NCBI GenBank assembly: GCA_963775425.1
Contig: CAVZJB010000005.1
Coordinates: 256,001-320,000, forward strand
Direction of reading: 5' to 3'
From: an uncultured delta proteobacterium
GTDB lineage: Bacteria; Myxococcota; UBA727; VGSZ01
Length of the DNA: 64,000 nucleotides
The translations under genes were made by a program, and so were the position numbers. How positions within the stretch are numbered: the stretch's first letter is position 1; every line of letters begins with the position of its first letter. The notes under the pieces are model-generated. The model worked only from the letters and a program-made list of their open reading frames with translations. It searched no databases and had not been told where the DNA came from. Positions 53,032-61,636 of the stretch are shown here, one piece after another.

Positions 53032-53193
53032 GGGGGCCGGCTAGCACCGTTTCCGCGAGGTGAGGAGGGGCGTGAAAGCCGGCCAGCGTGATGTCAGCAC
53101 GCTCGGTGACACAACGGTAGAGCTTTGGTGATGGGCGCATGACCCAGCGCTCCACGGACCGCCGCTACGGTGGCGATCAGAAAGGAGGAACGC

Positions 53194-53400
53194 ATGCGCA
53201 CGTTCCGAACTGTCCTGATGGCACTGTTCGCGGTCGGCGGGCTCGCCTGTGCGACCACGAAGGAGAAGCAGGAGGCGCCACCGGCACCGACGCCGGAGGC
53301 GGCACCCGAGGAGACGACCCCGCCGGCCGACGAGCCGGCTCCGGCGGAGACGCCGCCGGCGGAGTCCCCGCCGGCCGAGGCGCCGCCCTCGACGCCGTAG
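53194..53400 (+). CDS. Small Pro/Glu/Ala-rich disordered lipoprotein
   Basis: AAGGAGG RBS; lipobox GGLAC; own terminator. Confidence 0.85.
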   Translation: MRTFRTVLMALFAVGGLACATTKEKQEAPPAPTPEAAPEETTPPADEPAPAETPPAESPPAEAPPSTP

Positions 53401-53407
53401 GGGCGCG

Positions 53408-53451
53408 GCCGGCGCGGCGCACGCCCAGGCGGGCGCCGCGCCGGCTTTTTT
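53408..53451 (+). terminator. Rho-independent terminator
   Basis: 13-bp stem GCCGGCGCGGCGC/GCGCCGCGCCGGC followed by T6. Confidence 0.85.
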
Positions 53452-53466
53452 CAGTCACACGATCAG

Positions 53467-53909
53467 TCACACGATGGTGTCGACGAAGCCCACGCGGCAC
53501 GAGCCGACGCGCACGGTCACCGGGCCGTCGCCGTCGACGACAAACGAGGCGCGCTGCCGGGTGTTGGCCGCCGTGGTCGCCTGGTAGGGCCACGAGGGGG
53601 AGCCGCCGTACAGGCCGTGGCCCCAGCCGTCGAGGTGGCCGAGCACCTTCTTGTGCTCGTCGCGCGCGGCGCCGCCGCCGACCTCGACGGAGATGGGCTC
53701 GGAGAGCGCGAGCTTCTTCGCCGACGCCAGCCCGTGGGTGGCGAGGTAGCCGACGTTCTCGACGACGACCTCGACGCGCGACGTGCCCGGGCCGAGCTTC
53801 TGCTCTTGCCGATGGAGCGCAGGCGCACGACGTCGGGGTGGGCGTCGGCCCACGCGCGCAGGAGCGCCGTGAGCTGCGCGTAGTCGAGGTACTCGTCGCG
53901 GTGGCTCAT
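53467..53909 (-). pseudogene. M14 zinc carboxypeptidase remnant with internal deletion
   Basis: N-terminus MSHRDEYLDYAQLTALLRAWADAHPDVVRLRSIGKS is joined out of frame to C-terminus VENVGYLAT..SAKKL..EP..LGHLDGWG..VGSCRVG; HxxE core absent. Confidence 0.75.
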
Positions 53910-53962
53910 GCGCGGGTGATGCCGCGTCCTCGCGGTGACGGCAACGTCCCGGACGCTGAACG

Positions 53963-55252
53963 TCAGCGCAGCTCGCAGACGAAGCCGCGCGGGGTGTCGC
54001 AGGCCACGTCGTTCCACTTGCCGGCGACGTCCACCTCGACGCAGTCCTCGTCGCCGTTGCTGTTGGGCTGGTTGTTCTCGAAGTTCTCGAAGCCCGCGCC
54101 GATGGCGACGCCGTCGTCGACGCGAACGAAGCGCGTGCCGTCGGTGTTGGCCTCGAACGCGATGTCGTCGTAGCCGATGTACGCGCGCGCGTTGAACTGA
54201 GCGGTGATGAGCGCGATGTCGTCGTCCTCCGGCGCCGAGGTGGGCATGGCGAGGTGGCCGCCGAGCGACACGCAGGTGCTCTCCGCGGCCGCGAACGTGA
54301 GGGGCGTCGCCGACGCCAAGAGCAGCCGGCCGTGCGCGAAGTGGACTGCGAGCGGTCCGCTGCCGCCGCCGCAGTCGGCCGCGCAGCCGTCGCCGCCGAC
54401 GGTGTTGCCGTCGTCGCACGTCTCGCCGAGCGCCGGCTCGACGACGCCGTCGCCGCAGAAGGTGGCGCCGCTCGGCGGCAGCTCGCACAGCGTGGCGGCG
54501 CGGTTGAAGAACGGGTCGCCGTCGTTGTTGATGCGGGTGCAGTTGATGTCGTTCCAACCGCTGCTGCCTGCCGAGTCGTCCCAGAGGTTCACGCAGTCCT
54601 CGCCGCCGTTGCCGCCGTTGTCGTCGGGCTGGTTGGCCTTGAAGCGCCCGGGGAGGAGCGGCTCGCCGGTGAGCGTGAAGAACGTCCCTTCGGTGACGGC
54701 GTCGCTGACGCCGATCATCGGGTCGAGGTCCGGCAGGCGCATCGTCGTCGAGAGGAAGTCGTCCTCGGCCACGGTGCTCGGCACCGCCAGGTGCCCGCCG
54801 AGCCTCGCACAGCGCAAGGCGCCCGCGCTCCAGGTCTCGATGGCGGTGAACGCCGCGTAGCAATGTCCGCCGAACGCTCGCGTGAGCGCGGCCCCGGGAA
54901 CGGCGGGGCAATCGGCTTCTCCCTCGCCTTCGCCTTCGCCCTCGCCCTCTCCCTCGCCTTCGCCCTCGCCCTCTCCCTCGCCTTCGCTCTCGCCCTCGCC
55001 CTCGCCCTCACCTTCGCCCTCGCCCTCGCCCTCCGCCGGCGTGCCGGCGTCGTCGATCCCGGCGTCGTCGACGGGGAGCCCGGCGTCGTCGGGCACGCCT
55101 GCGTCGGGGTCGGCGGCGACGCACGCCGCCGCGACGCACGCGCCCGCGGCGCAGTCGGCGTCGCGCGCGCAGCCGAGGCGGAAGCCGCCGTCACACGTGC
55201 AGCCGCGCAGCGCGAGGCACGAGAGCGCAACGAGGACGAACCAGCGGCCCAC
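53963..55252 (-). CDS. Lipoprotein with GE linker, two C-type lectin domains and a Myxococcus Cys-rich repeat
   Basis: FGGHCY...C..LGGHLA; QPD..GEDCV..WNDINC; QPN..EDCV..WNDVAC..FVCE; CGDGVVE..ETCDDGN..GDGC. Confidence 0.88.
   Translation of the reverse strand: MGRWFVLVALSCLALRGCTCDGGFRLGCARDADCAAGACVAAACVAADPDAGVPDDAGLPVDDAGIDDAGTPAEGEGEGEGEGEGEGESEGEGEGEGEGEGEGEGEGEGEGEADCPAVPGAALTRAFGGHCYAAFTAIETWSAGALRCARLGGHLAVPSTVAEDDFLSTTMRLPDLDPMIGVSDAVTEGTFFTLTGEPLLPGRFKANQPDDNGGNGGEDCVNLWDDSAGSSGWNDINCTRINNDGDPFFNRAATLCELPPSGATFCGDGVVEPALGETCDDGNTVGGDGCAADCGGGSGPLAVHFAHGRLLLASATPLTFAAAESTCVSLGGHLAMPTSAPEDDDIALITAQFNARAYIGYDDIAFEANTDGTRFVRVDDGVAIGAGFENFENNQPNSNGDEDCVEVDVAGKWNDVACDTPRGFVCELR
54917..55033 (-). 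repeat. Second (GE)n coding tract, about 39 aa
   Basis: CTCGCC/TTCGCC/CTCTCC hexamers on the + strand. Confidence 0.92.
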
Positions 55253-55329
55253 GCGGGGATGATCGCGCACGGACGAGGCGCGCGCGACGTCGGCCGCGCA
55301 CCCACACCCGCGCGCTCCGGCGCGCCGGG

Positions 55330-56901
55330 TCAGAGCTCGAACATCAGGAGCTGAAGCACGCGCTCCTGCTGCTGGTTCACGCCGGGCTCCTGGTGGAACG
55401 ACGTGTAGAGCACGCGCCCCGCGCCGGCGTTGAAGCCGACGGTGTGAGGCACGTCGGTGAGGGTGGTGTCGGTGAGCGGCGCGTCGGCGGTGATGTACAC
55501 CGTGACGTCCGGAGCCACCGCCTGCATCGCGACCCAGTCGATGAGCGGGTAGTCGAGCGCGATGCTCGTGGAGCCCATGCCCGCGGCGAGGTTGGAGTCG
55601 ACGATGACGCCGGGCAGGCCGGTGACGGTGTTGCCGGTCTTGGCGGAGCCGATGATGGCGTCGTTGCCGTAGAAGTCGATCTCGTCGGGCCACGCGCGCT
55701 CGACGATGCTGTAGGCCCAATCCGACGCGTACACGCTGCCGCCCTCGGTGACGAACTGGCGGATGTTGGCGACGGCGGTCTGGTCGAGCGTGAAGGAGAA
55801 GGCGAAGTCGCCGTCGTCGAGGCCGCAGTTGAGGAAGACGATGTCGTACTGCGAGAGCGTGGCGTAGTCGTCGAGCAGGTCGCTCACCCACGTCGACGAG
55901 AAGTTGGCGCCCTGGTAGATGTCGACGTTGGCGGAGTCGACGCCGATGTCGTTGAGCACGTTTTCGACGTGATCGTACTGGCCGGTGACCACGGCGATCT
56001 TCACCTCGGGCGAGGTGATGGCGCACTGATCGTCGGGGATGGTGGTGGTCTGGTCCGCGGTCACCGTCACCGGGATCGACGACGAGAAGCTGCCCTTGGT
56101 GACGAGGACGGTCTGGCTGCCCTCGGGGACGCCGGTGAGCGTGTAGTGCCCGTCGGCGTCCGTGCTGGTCTGCGCGCGCGTGCCGTCGGCGCGCTCGACG
56201 TACACGGTGGCGTCCGCGAGCCAGGTCTCGCCGTCGGGCGCGCACACGCGGCCCTCGACCGTGCCCGACCCCGCCGGCGGCGGCGGCGCCTCGCACGACG
56301 CGGGCGTGTCGAGGTTGAAGGTGCCGCCGTCGGCGACGGTGACGTCGTACTCCCGATAGAAGGCGCCCTTTTGCACCTTGAGGACCTGCGCGCCGACGGG
56401 GACGCCGGCGAGCGCGAAGCAGCCCTGCTGATCGGTGCCCGTGGAGAACACCGCGCCGGCGTCGGTGATGACGTAGACGTTGGCGCCGACGACCCAGGCG
56501 CCGGCGTCGTCGTCGCAGACGCAGCCGTCGACCTCACCGACGGGCGCCGGAGGGACGACGGGCGGATGGCAAGCCTCGTCCGTGAAGCGAGACTCGCGGC
56601 CGGACTCGACGAAGAGGTCCGCGGTGCGGGCGCTGTCGCCGGAGCCGATGGTCAGCGTGCAGCCGCCGGCGGCGACCTTGTCGACGGCGAAGGCGCCGGT
56701 GTCGTCGGTGGTGGCCGAGAGCGTGGCGCCGTCGGCGTCGACGATGGAGACGGGCTCCCCGGGGAGCACCGCGCCCGTGTCGAGCGAGCACACGGTGCCG
56801 GCCACGCGGCCGGGGAACCCGTGGAGGTCGTTGTCGCAGTTGCACGCGCCGGCGGAGACCGCGGTGAAGGCGAACGAGAGTGCAAGCATTCGAGTCTGCA
56901 C
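55330..56901 (-). CDS. Lipoprotein with three carboxypeptidase-regulatory-like domains and a C-terminal GATase-like/ThuA-like domain
   Basis: Lipobox AGAC; three G.VC...G..V...TD..G.F.L repeats; KIAVVTGQYD...DIVFLNCG..GGSVYASDW..GRVLYTSFH. Confidence 0.82.
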   Translation of the reverse strand: MQTRMLALSFAFTAVSAGACNCDNDLHGFPGRVAGTVCSLDTGAVLPGEPVSIVDADGATLSATTDDTGAFAVDKVAAGGCTLTIGSGDSARTADLFVESGRESRFTDEACHPPVVPPAPVGEVDGCVCDDDAGAWVVGANVYVITDAGAVFSTGTDQQGCFALAGVPVGAQVLKVQKGAFYREYDVTVADGGTFNLDTPASCEAPPPPAGSGTVEGRVCAPDGETWLADATVYVERADGTRAQTSTDADGHYTLTGVPEGSQTVLVTKGSFSSSIPVTVTADQTTTIPDDQCAITSPEVKIAVVTGQYDHVENVLNDIGVDSANVDIYQGANFSSTWVSDLLDDYATLSQYDIVFLNCGLDDGDFAFSFTLDQTAVANIRQFVTEGGSVYASDWAYSIVERAWPDEIDFYGNDAIIGSAKTGNTVTGLPGVIVDSNLAAGMGSTSIALDYPLIDWVAMQAVAPDVTVYITADAPLTDTTLTDVPHTVGFNAGAGRVLYTSFHQEPGVNQQQERVLQLLMFEL

Positions 56902-56976
56902 GGGGCACCCCTCTTGCTGAAATCGGGCGGACCGTATCACCGGGGAAATGGGATCCGCAGAGCCGATCCGGGGAAA

Positions 56977-57999
56977 ATGCCAGTGCGCGTGCTCACATCT
57001 CCGTGCTCTTTCAAGGAAAGCCTGACCGCAACGCAGGCGTCGTCCGTGCTCGCGCGCGTCGCGCGCGAGCTGGGCGCCGACGTCGACGAAGCCCCGCTCG
57101 CCGACGGCGGCGAGGGCACCCTCGACGCGCTCACGCGTCCGCTCGCGCTGCGCTGCGAGCGATACGACGTCGGGGGGATGCTCGGCGGACGGGTCGTACC
57201 CCGCGTCGGGTGGCGCGACGCGCCGCTCGCGTTCGGGGGCGGGCCGGTGGCGGTGCTCGAGGTGGCGGAGGTGGTCGGCCTCGCGCTCGTGCAGCCGCAC
57301 GCGCGCGATCCGTGGCGCGCGACGACGCGCGGCCTCGGCGAGCTGCTCGCGCACGTCGTGGACCGCGGCGCGCGCACCGTGCTTGTGGGGCTCGGCGGCA
57401 GCGCGACGGTCGACGGCGGCGCGGGGCTGCTCGAGGCGTGCCCGTCGCTGCCGGAGGGCGTCTCGCTCTTCGGGCTCGTCGACGTCGACGTGCCGCTCGC
57501 AGGGGCGCGGATGTTCATGCGCCAGAAGCTCGGGCCCGTCGCCGACCCCGACGCCGCCGTCGAAGCGCTCGCGGCGCGCCTCGACGGGATGTTCGCGCCG
57601 GCGGTCGCGGCGGTGCCGGGCGCGGGCGCCGCGGGCGGCCTCGGCGCCGCCCTCGTCTCCCTCGGCGGCGTCCTCGTGCCGGGCGCGGGGTTCGTGATGG
57701 ACGCGCTCGACCTCGACCCGCGCATCGCCGGCGCAGACGTCGTGCTCACCGGTGAGGGCGCCGTCGACGCGCAGACCGCGCGGGGCAAGCTCGTCTCCGC
57801 GCTCGCCGCCCGGTGCGCGCGGCGCGGCACGCGGCTCGTCGCCTTCTGCGGCGCCGATCGCCGCACGGCGGCGGAGCGGGCCGCGAGCGCGCTCGAGGTC
57901 GTCGTCATCACCCCGGCGGGCCAGCCGCTCGACGAGGCGTTGCGCGCCGCCGCCGACAACCTCGCCGCCGCCGCGCGCCGCGTCCTCACCGGCGCGTAG
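56977..57999 (+). CDS. Glycerate kinase (GlxK/GarK family)
   Basis: SFKESL, PLADGGEGT, GLGGSATVDGGAG, GAGAAGGLG, TGEG.VD.QT.RGK. Confidence 0.92.
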   Translation: MPVRVLTSPCSFKESLTATQASSVLARVARELGADVDEAPLADGGEGTLDALTRPLALRCERYDVGGMLGGRVVPRVGWRDAPLAFGGGPVAVLEVAEVVGLALVQPHARDPWRATTRGLGELLAHVVDRGARTVLVGLGGSATVDGGAGLLEACPSLPEGVSLFGLVDVDVPLAGARMFMRQKLGPVADPDAAVEALAARLDGMFAPAVAAVPGAGAAGGLGAALVSLGGVLVPGAGFVMDALDLDPRIAGADVVLTGEGAVDAQTARGKLVSALAARCARRGTRLVAFCGADRRTAAERAASALEVVVITPAGQPLDEALRAAADNLAAAARRVLTGA

Positions 58000-58154
58000 C
58001 CCACGCGCGTCGGCCGGCGCTGCGCCCGGGAGAACGCGAGGAAGCTCGGGGGAACCGATGCGTTCCAGGGTGAACCGCGGCGGAGCGCCGGACGCGCGCC
58101 GGGCGCTCGCGCCGGCGCCGGAGCGTTGGCGCGGGCGTTGCGTCGCTCGCGGGC

Positions 58155-58403
58155 ATGAAGCTGCTCGTCCTCGCCCTCCTCCTCGCCGCCGGCTGCGCGC
58201 GGGCGCCGTGCAAGACCACCTCGGACTGCGGGGCCGGCGCCGTCTGCGTCGTCGATCCTTCGCCCTTCGCATCGGGACGCTGCGCTGCCTCGCCGCGACG
58301 GCCGCAAATCCGCACCGCGCGCCCCGTCCTCGACGCCGTCGTCGCGCGCGGCGGCTCGATGTCGCTGAAGGGCTCGCTCTCTTTCACCAGGAGGTCACCG
58401 TGA
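58155..58403 (+). CDS. Small Cys-rich lipoprotein
   Basis: MKLLVLALLLAAGC; CKTTSDCGAGAVC; stop overlaps next GTG. Confidence 0.6.
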   Translation: MKLLVLALLLAAGCARAPCKTTSDCGAGAVCVVDPSPFASGRCAASPRRPQIRTARPVLDAVVARGGSMSLKGSLSFTRRSP

Positions 58404-59029
58404 TCGCCATCGTGCTTTTGTGCCTCGCTCCGTCCGAGGTCCCCCACGTCGTCACCTTGAACGCCGTCCTCGAGGAGGACGGCGCGGCGGTGGACCGCAC
58501 CGTCGACGCCGCCTTCGTCCTGTGGGACCACGAGCGAGGCGGGACCGCCGTGTGGAGCGAGGCCGACACGGTCGCCGTCCGCTCCGGCGTCCTCGTCGCC
58601 GACCTGGGTCTGCGCCGGGCGCTCCCCGCGGAGGTCTTCACGCGCGCGCTCTGGCTCGAGATCTCCATCGACGGTCAGGCGCTGTCGCCGCGCTCGCGCA
58701 TCGCGAGCGTCCCCTACGCCTACGCCGCCGAGCACGCCGACGAGGCCGACACCCTCGACGGCCTCGGCGTCGACGACCTCGCCACGCGCGCGGCCCTCCG
58801 GGAGCCGGGCGGCGCGAAGGTCAGCTACCAAAACCTCGTCGACGTCCCCGCGGGCGTGCCGCTCTACCAGGAGCTCGCCGCGTGCGACACCACGCGCCGC
58901 CTCACGCTCTCGGCGGTCTGCGTCCCGCGCCCCTGCACCACCGGCGCGCGCGACTGCGCCGGCGCCTGCGGCGACAGCGGCCCGGGGGAGTGCGAAAACG
59001 AGCTCGTCGGGACCCTCGGGCCCCCGTAA
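58400..59029 (+). CDS. Secreted protein with tail-fibre-like N-terminal anchor domain
   Basis: AGGAGG RBS; GGTAVWSE...GVLVADLG...LWLEISIDGQALSPRSRIASVPYAYAA. Confidence 0.72.
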   Translation: MIAIVLLCLAPSEVPHVVTLNAVLEEDGAAVDRTVDAAFVLWDHERGGTAVWSEADTVAVRSGVLVADLGLRRALPAEVFTRALWLEISIDGQALSPRSRIASVPYAYAAEHADEADTLDGLGVDDLATRAALREPGGAKVSYQNLVDVPAGVPLYQELAACDTTRRLTLSAVCVPRPCTTGARDCAGACGDSGPGECENELVGTLGPP

Positions 59030-59071
59030 CGAGCGCTAGATCCCCGGCCGCTCTCGTGCGTTCATGGGCCC

Positions 59072-61405
59072 ATGCGCCTCGCCACCCTCGTCCTCGCCTT
59101 CGCCGCCGTCGCCGCCACCCGGGCCTCGGCCATCGGCATCCTCGTCCCCACGGACCCGGGCGGGCAGCCGCTCACGCTCGTGTCCCACCGGGTGGACGTG
59201 AAGATCGTCGAGCGCGGCGCGACGACGCACGTCACACAGGAATTCGAAAACCCCACCGGCCGTCCGCTCGAGGCCACGTACCTCTTCCCGCTGCCCCGGG
59301 GCGCCACGGTGGACGAATTCGCCCTGTGGATGAACGGCTCGCGCCAGACCGGCAAGGTGCTCGAGAAGAACCAGGCGCGCCAGATCTACCAGGGCATCGT
59401 GGCGCGGGCGCGGGACCCGGGGCTCATCGAGTACGTCGACAGCCAGCTCTTCGAGGCCCGGGTGTTCCCCGTTCCCGCCACCGGCCGCCTCAAGGTGGAG
59501 CTCACGTTCTCGAGCCTCGTCGACTACGACAACGGCCTGCACCGCTACGTCTACCCGATGAAGACCGACCAGCGCGCAGCGTCGACGCTGCAGGACTTCA
59601 CGTTCAGCGTCAGCATCGACAGCAAGCTCGAGATCAAGAACCTCTACTCGCCCACCCACAAGATGGCGACCCGGCGCTCCGGGCGGCACGCGGTGGCGTC
59701 CCTCGAGCGCGACGGCTTCTCCCTCGCCGATGACCTCGCCCTGTACTGGTCCGTCGACGACAAGGACGTCGGCGTCACCGTGTTGTCGTACAAGGACGGC
59801 GACGGCGCCGGCTACTTCATGATGTTGGCGTCGCCCAAGGACGGGCTGCGCGAAAGCGAGATCATCGGCAAGCGCGTGGCGTTCGTCGTCGACACGTCGG
59901 GCTCCATGGACGGTGAGAAGATCGAGGCCACGCGGCGAGCTCTCGTGCAATGTCTGTCGCGCCTCGGCGAGGACGACCTGTTCTCCATCGTGTCGTTCGG
60001 CGGCTACGCGGAGCCGTGGAAGCAGAAGATGGTGGCGGCGAGCCGGTCGAACGTCGCCGCCGCCAAGGCGTGGGTGAACAAGCTCGAGGCCATGGGCGGC
60101 ACCAACATCGACGAGGCGCTGCAGACGGCGTTCGCCACGGCCACCGGCTCCGACAAGACGCCGCTCATGATGGTGTTCATGACCGACGGCCGCCCCACCA
60201 TCGGCGAGACCGACACCGCGAAGATCGTGGCGCGCGCGCAGCGGGAGCGGCAGGAGAAGAAGGCGCGCATCTTCGTGCTCGGCGTCGGCGACGATCTGAA
60301 CCCGCAGCTCCTCGACAAGCTCAGCTCCGCCAACGGCGGCAGCGCGCTCTACCTCAAGGGCACGGCGGCGCTCGAGGGCGAGGTGTCGTCGTTTTACGAG
60401 CGCATCTCACACCCGGTGCTCGCGGACCTCCACCTCGACGTCGACGGCGACGTCAACGTGTTCGGCACGCAGCCGCGCGTGCTCGGCGATCTGTTCGCGG
60501 GGGAGCAGCTCGTGGTGCTCGGCCGCTACCGAAACCCGGGCGACGCGCGCTTCAAGCTCACCGGCACCACGCCGCACGGCAAGCGCACGTTCACGGCGAC
60601 GGCGCAGCTCGCGGAGCGCGCCACCGAGCACACGTTCATCCCGCGGCTGTGGGCGCAGCGGCAGGTGGGCATGCTCCTCGACGAGATCCGGGACAAGGGT
60701 GAAAAGCCCGGGCTCGTCGCCGAGGTCACGCAGCTCGCGACGCGCTTCGGCATCGTGACGCCGTATACGAGCTACCTCGTCGTGGAGCCCACGAGCCCCG
60801 TGGCAGAGCCCGACCTCCGGCTCGAGCGCGAGCGGCGCATCGATGACCTCATGGGTCCGCCGCCGCCGCCGGCCGACATGCCCGCCTCTGCCGCGCCCGT
60901 GCCCGCCACGGGCGCCGACGAGGCCGACAAGGACGGCGCCGGCTTCTTCCACGGCCTCTTCGGCGGCGGCTCCGCGGCGACGTCGGGCGGCGCCAAGGGC
61001 GCGCCCCGGGGCAGGCCCATGGCGCTCGAGGAGGCGCGCAAGGCGATGCGCGCGGAGTCCGGCGAGGGCGCGGTGGCGGCGGCCAAGGAGATCGGCAAGC
61101 TCAAGAAGGCGGACACCCTGTCGCGCACGCGGGTGGCGACGTCGACCAAGCGCGCGCTCGGGCGCGACTTCACCATGCGCGACGGCTTCTTCGTCGACGG
61201 CGCGTGCGGCGCCAAAGACAAGGTGCTCGCGGTGAAGGCGTACTCGGACGCGTTCTTCCAGGTGCTCGAGCGCCGCCCCGACCTCAAGGCGGCGCTCGCG
61301 CTCGGCGACCACGTGAAGGTCAGCGTGGGCAAGGGCAAGACGCTCGTGATCGGCCCGTCCGGCGTCGACAAGCGCGACGACCCGCGGCTCGCCCGCTTCC
61401 TCTGA
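59072..61405 (+). CDS. VIT + vWA domain protein (inter-alpha-trypsin inhibitor-like), secreted
   Basis: VIT: VTQEFENP...EATYLFPLP..ATV; MIDAS VDTSGSM, GGTNI, MTDGRP; LWA...FGIVTPYTSYLV. Confidence 0.93.
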   Translation: MRLATLVLAFAAVAATRASAIGILVPTDPGGQPLTLVSHRVDVKIVERGATTHVTQEFENPTGRPLEATYLFPLPRGATVDEFALWMNGSRQTGKVLEKNQARQIYQGIVARARDPGLIEYVDSQLFEARVFPVPATGRLKVELTFSSLVDYDNGLHRYVYPMKTDQRAASTLQDFTFSVSIDSKLEIKNLYSPTHKMATRRSGRHAVASLERDGFSLADDLALYWSVDDKDVGVTVLSYKDGDGAGYFMMLASPKDGLRESEIIGKRVAFVVDTSGSMDGEKIEATRRALVQCLSRLGEDDLFSIVSFGGYAEPWKQKMVAASRSNVAAAKAWVNKLEAMGGTNIDEALQTAFATATGSDKTPLMMVFMTDGRPTIGETDTAKIVARAQRERQEKKARIFVLGVGDDLNPQLLDKLSSANGGSALYLKGTAALEGEVSSFYERISHPVLADLHLDVDGDVNVFGTQPRVLGDLFAGEQLVVLGRYRNPGDARFKLTGTTPHGKRTFTATAQLAERATEHTFIPRLWAQRQVGMLLDEIRDKGEKPGLVAEVTQLATRFGIVTPYTSYLVVEPTSPVAEPDLRLERERRIDDLMGPPPPPADMPASAAPVPATGADEADKDGAGFFHGLFGGGSAATSGGAKGAPRGRPMALEEARKAMRAESGEGAVAAAKEIGKLKKADTLSRTRVATSTKRALGRDFTMRDGFFVDGACGAKDKVLAVKAYSDAFFQVLERRPDLKAALALGDHVKVSVGKGKTLVIGPSGVDKRDDPRLARFL

Positions 61406-61427
61406 CGCCCGGTCGCGTGCCCATCCA

Positions 61428-61454
61428 CGCGGCCGCTCCCTCCGGTCGCCGATC
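61428..61454 (+). repeat. REP-like hairpin unit (fourth, partial copy)
   Basis: CGCGGCCGCTCCCTCCGGTCGCCGATC about 22 nt after the vWA stop. Confidence 0.75.
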
Positions 61455-61636
61455 GATGCGCGCCCTTCGCGTCGCCGAGCAACTTCTTCCGCGTGAACCA
61501 GAACATCCCCGCCTGAGCGGGGGCAATCCGCCGCCCTCCTTCGGGCCGTTGGCGGATCCGCCGTCTAAGCGGTTGAAATCGTGGAGCCTCGAGGAATGTG
61601 CGACACGCGCGTACCCGTCCTGCCGATATCCGACTC

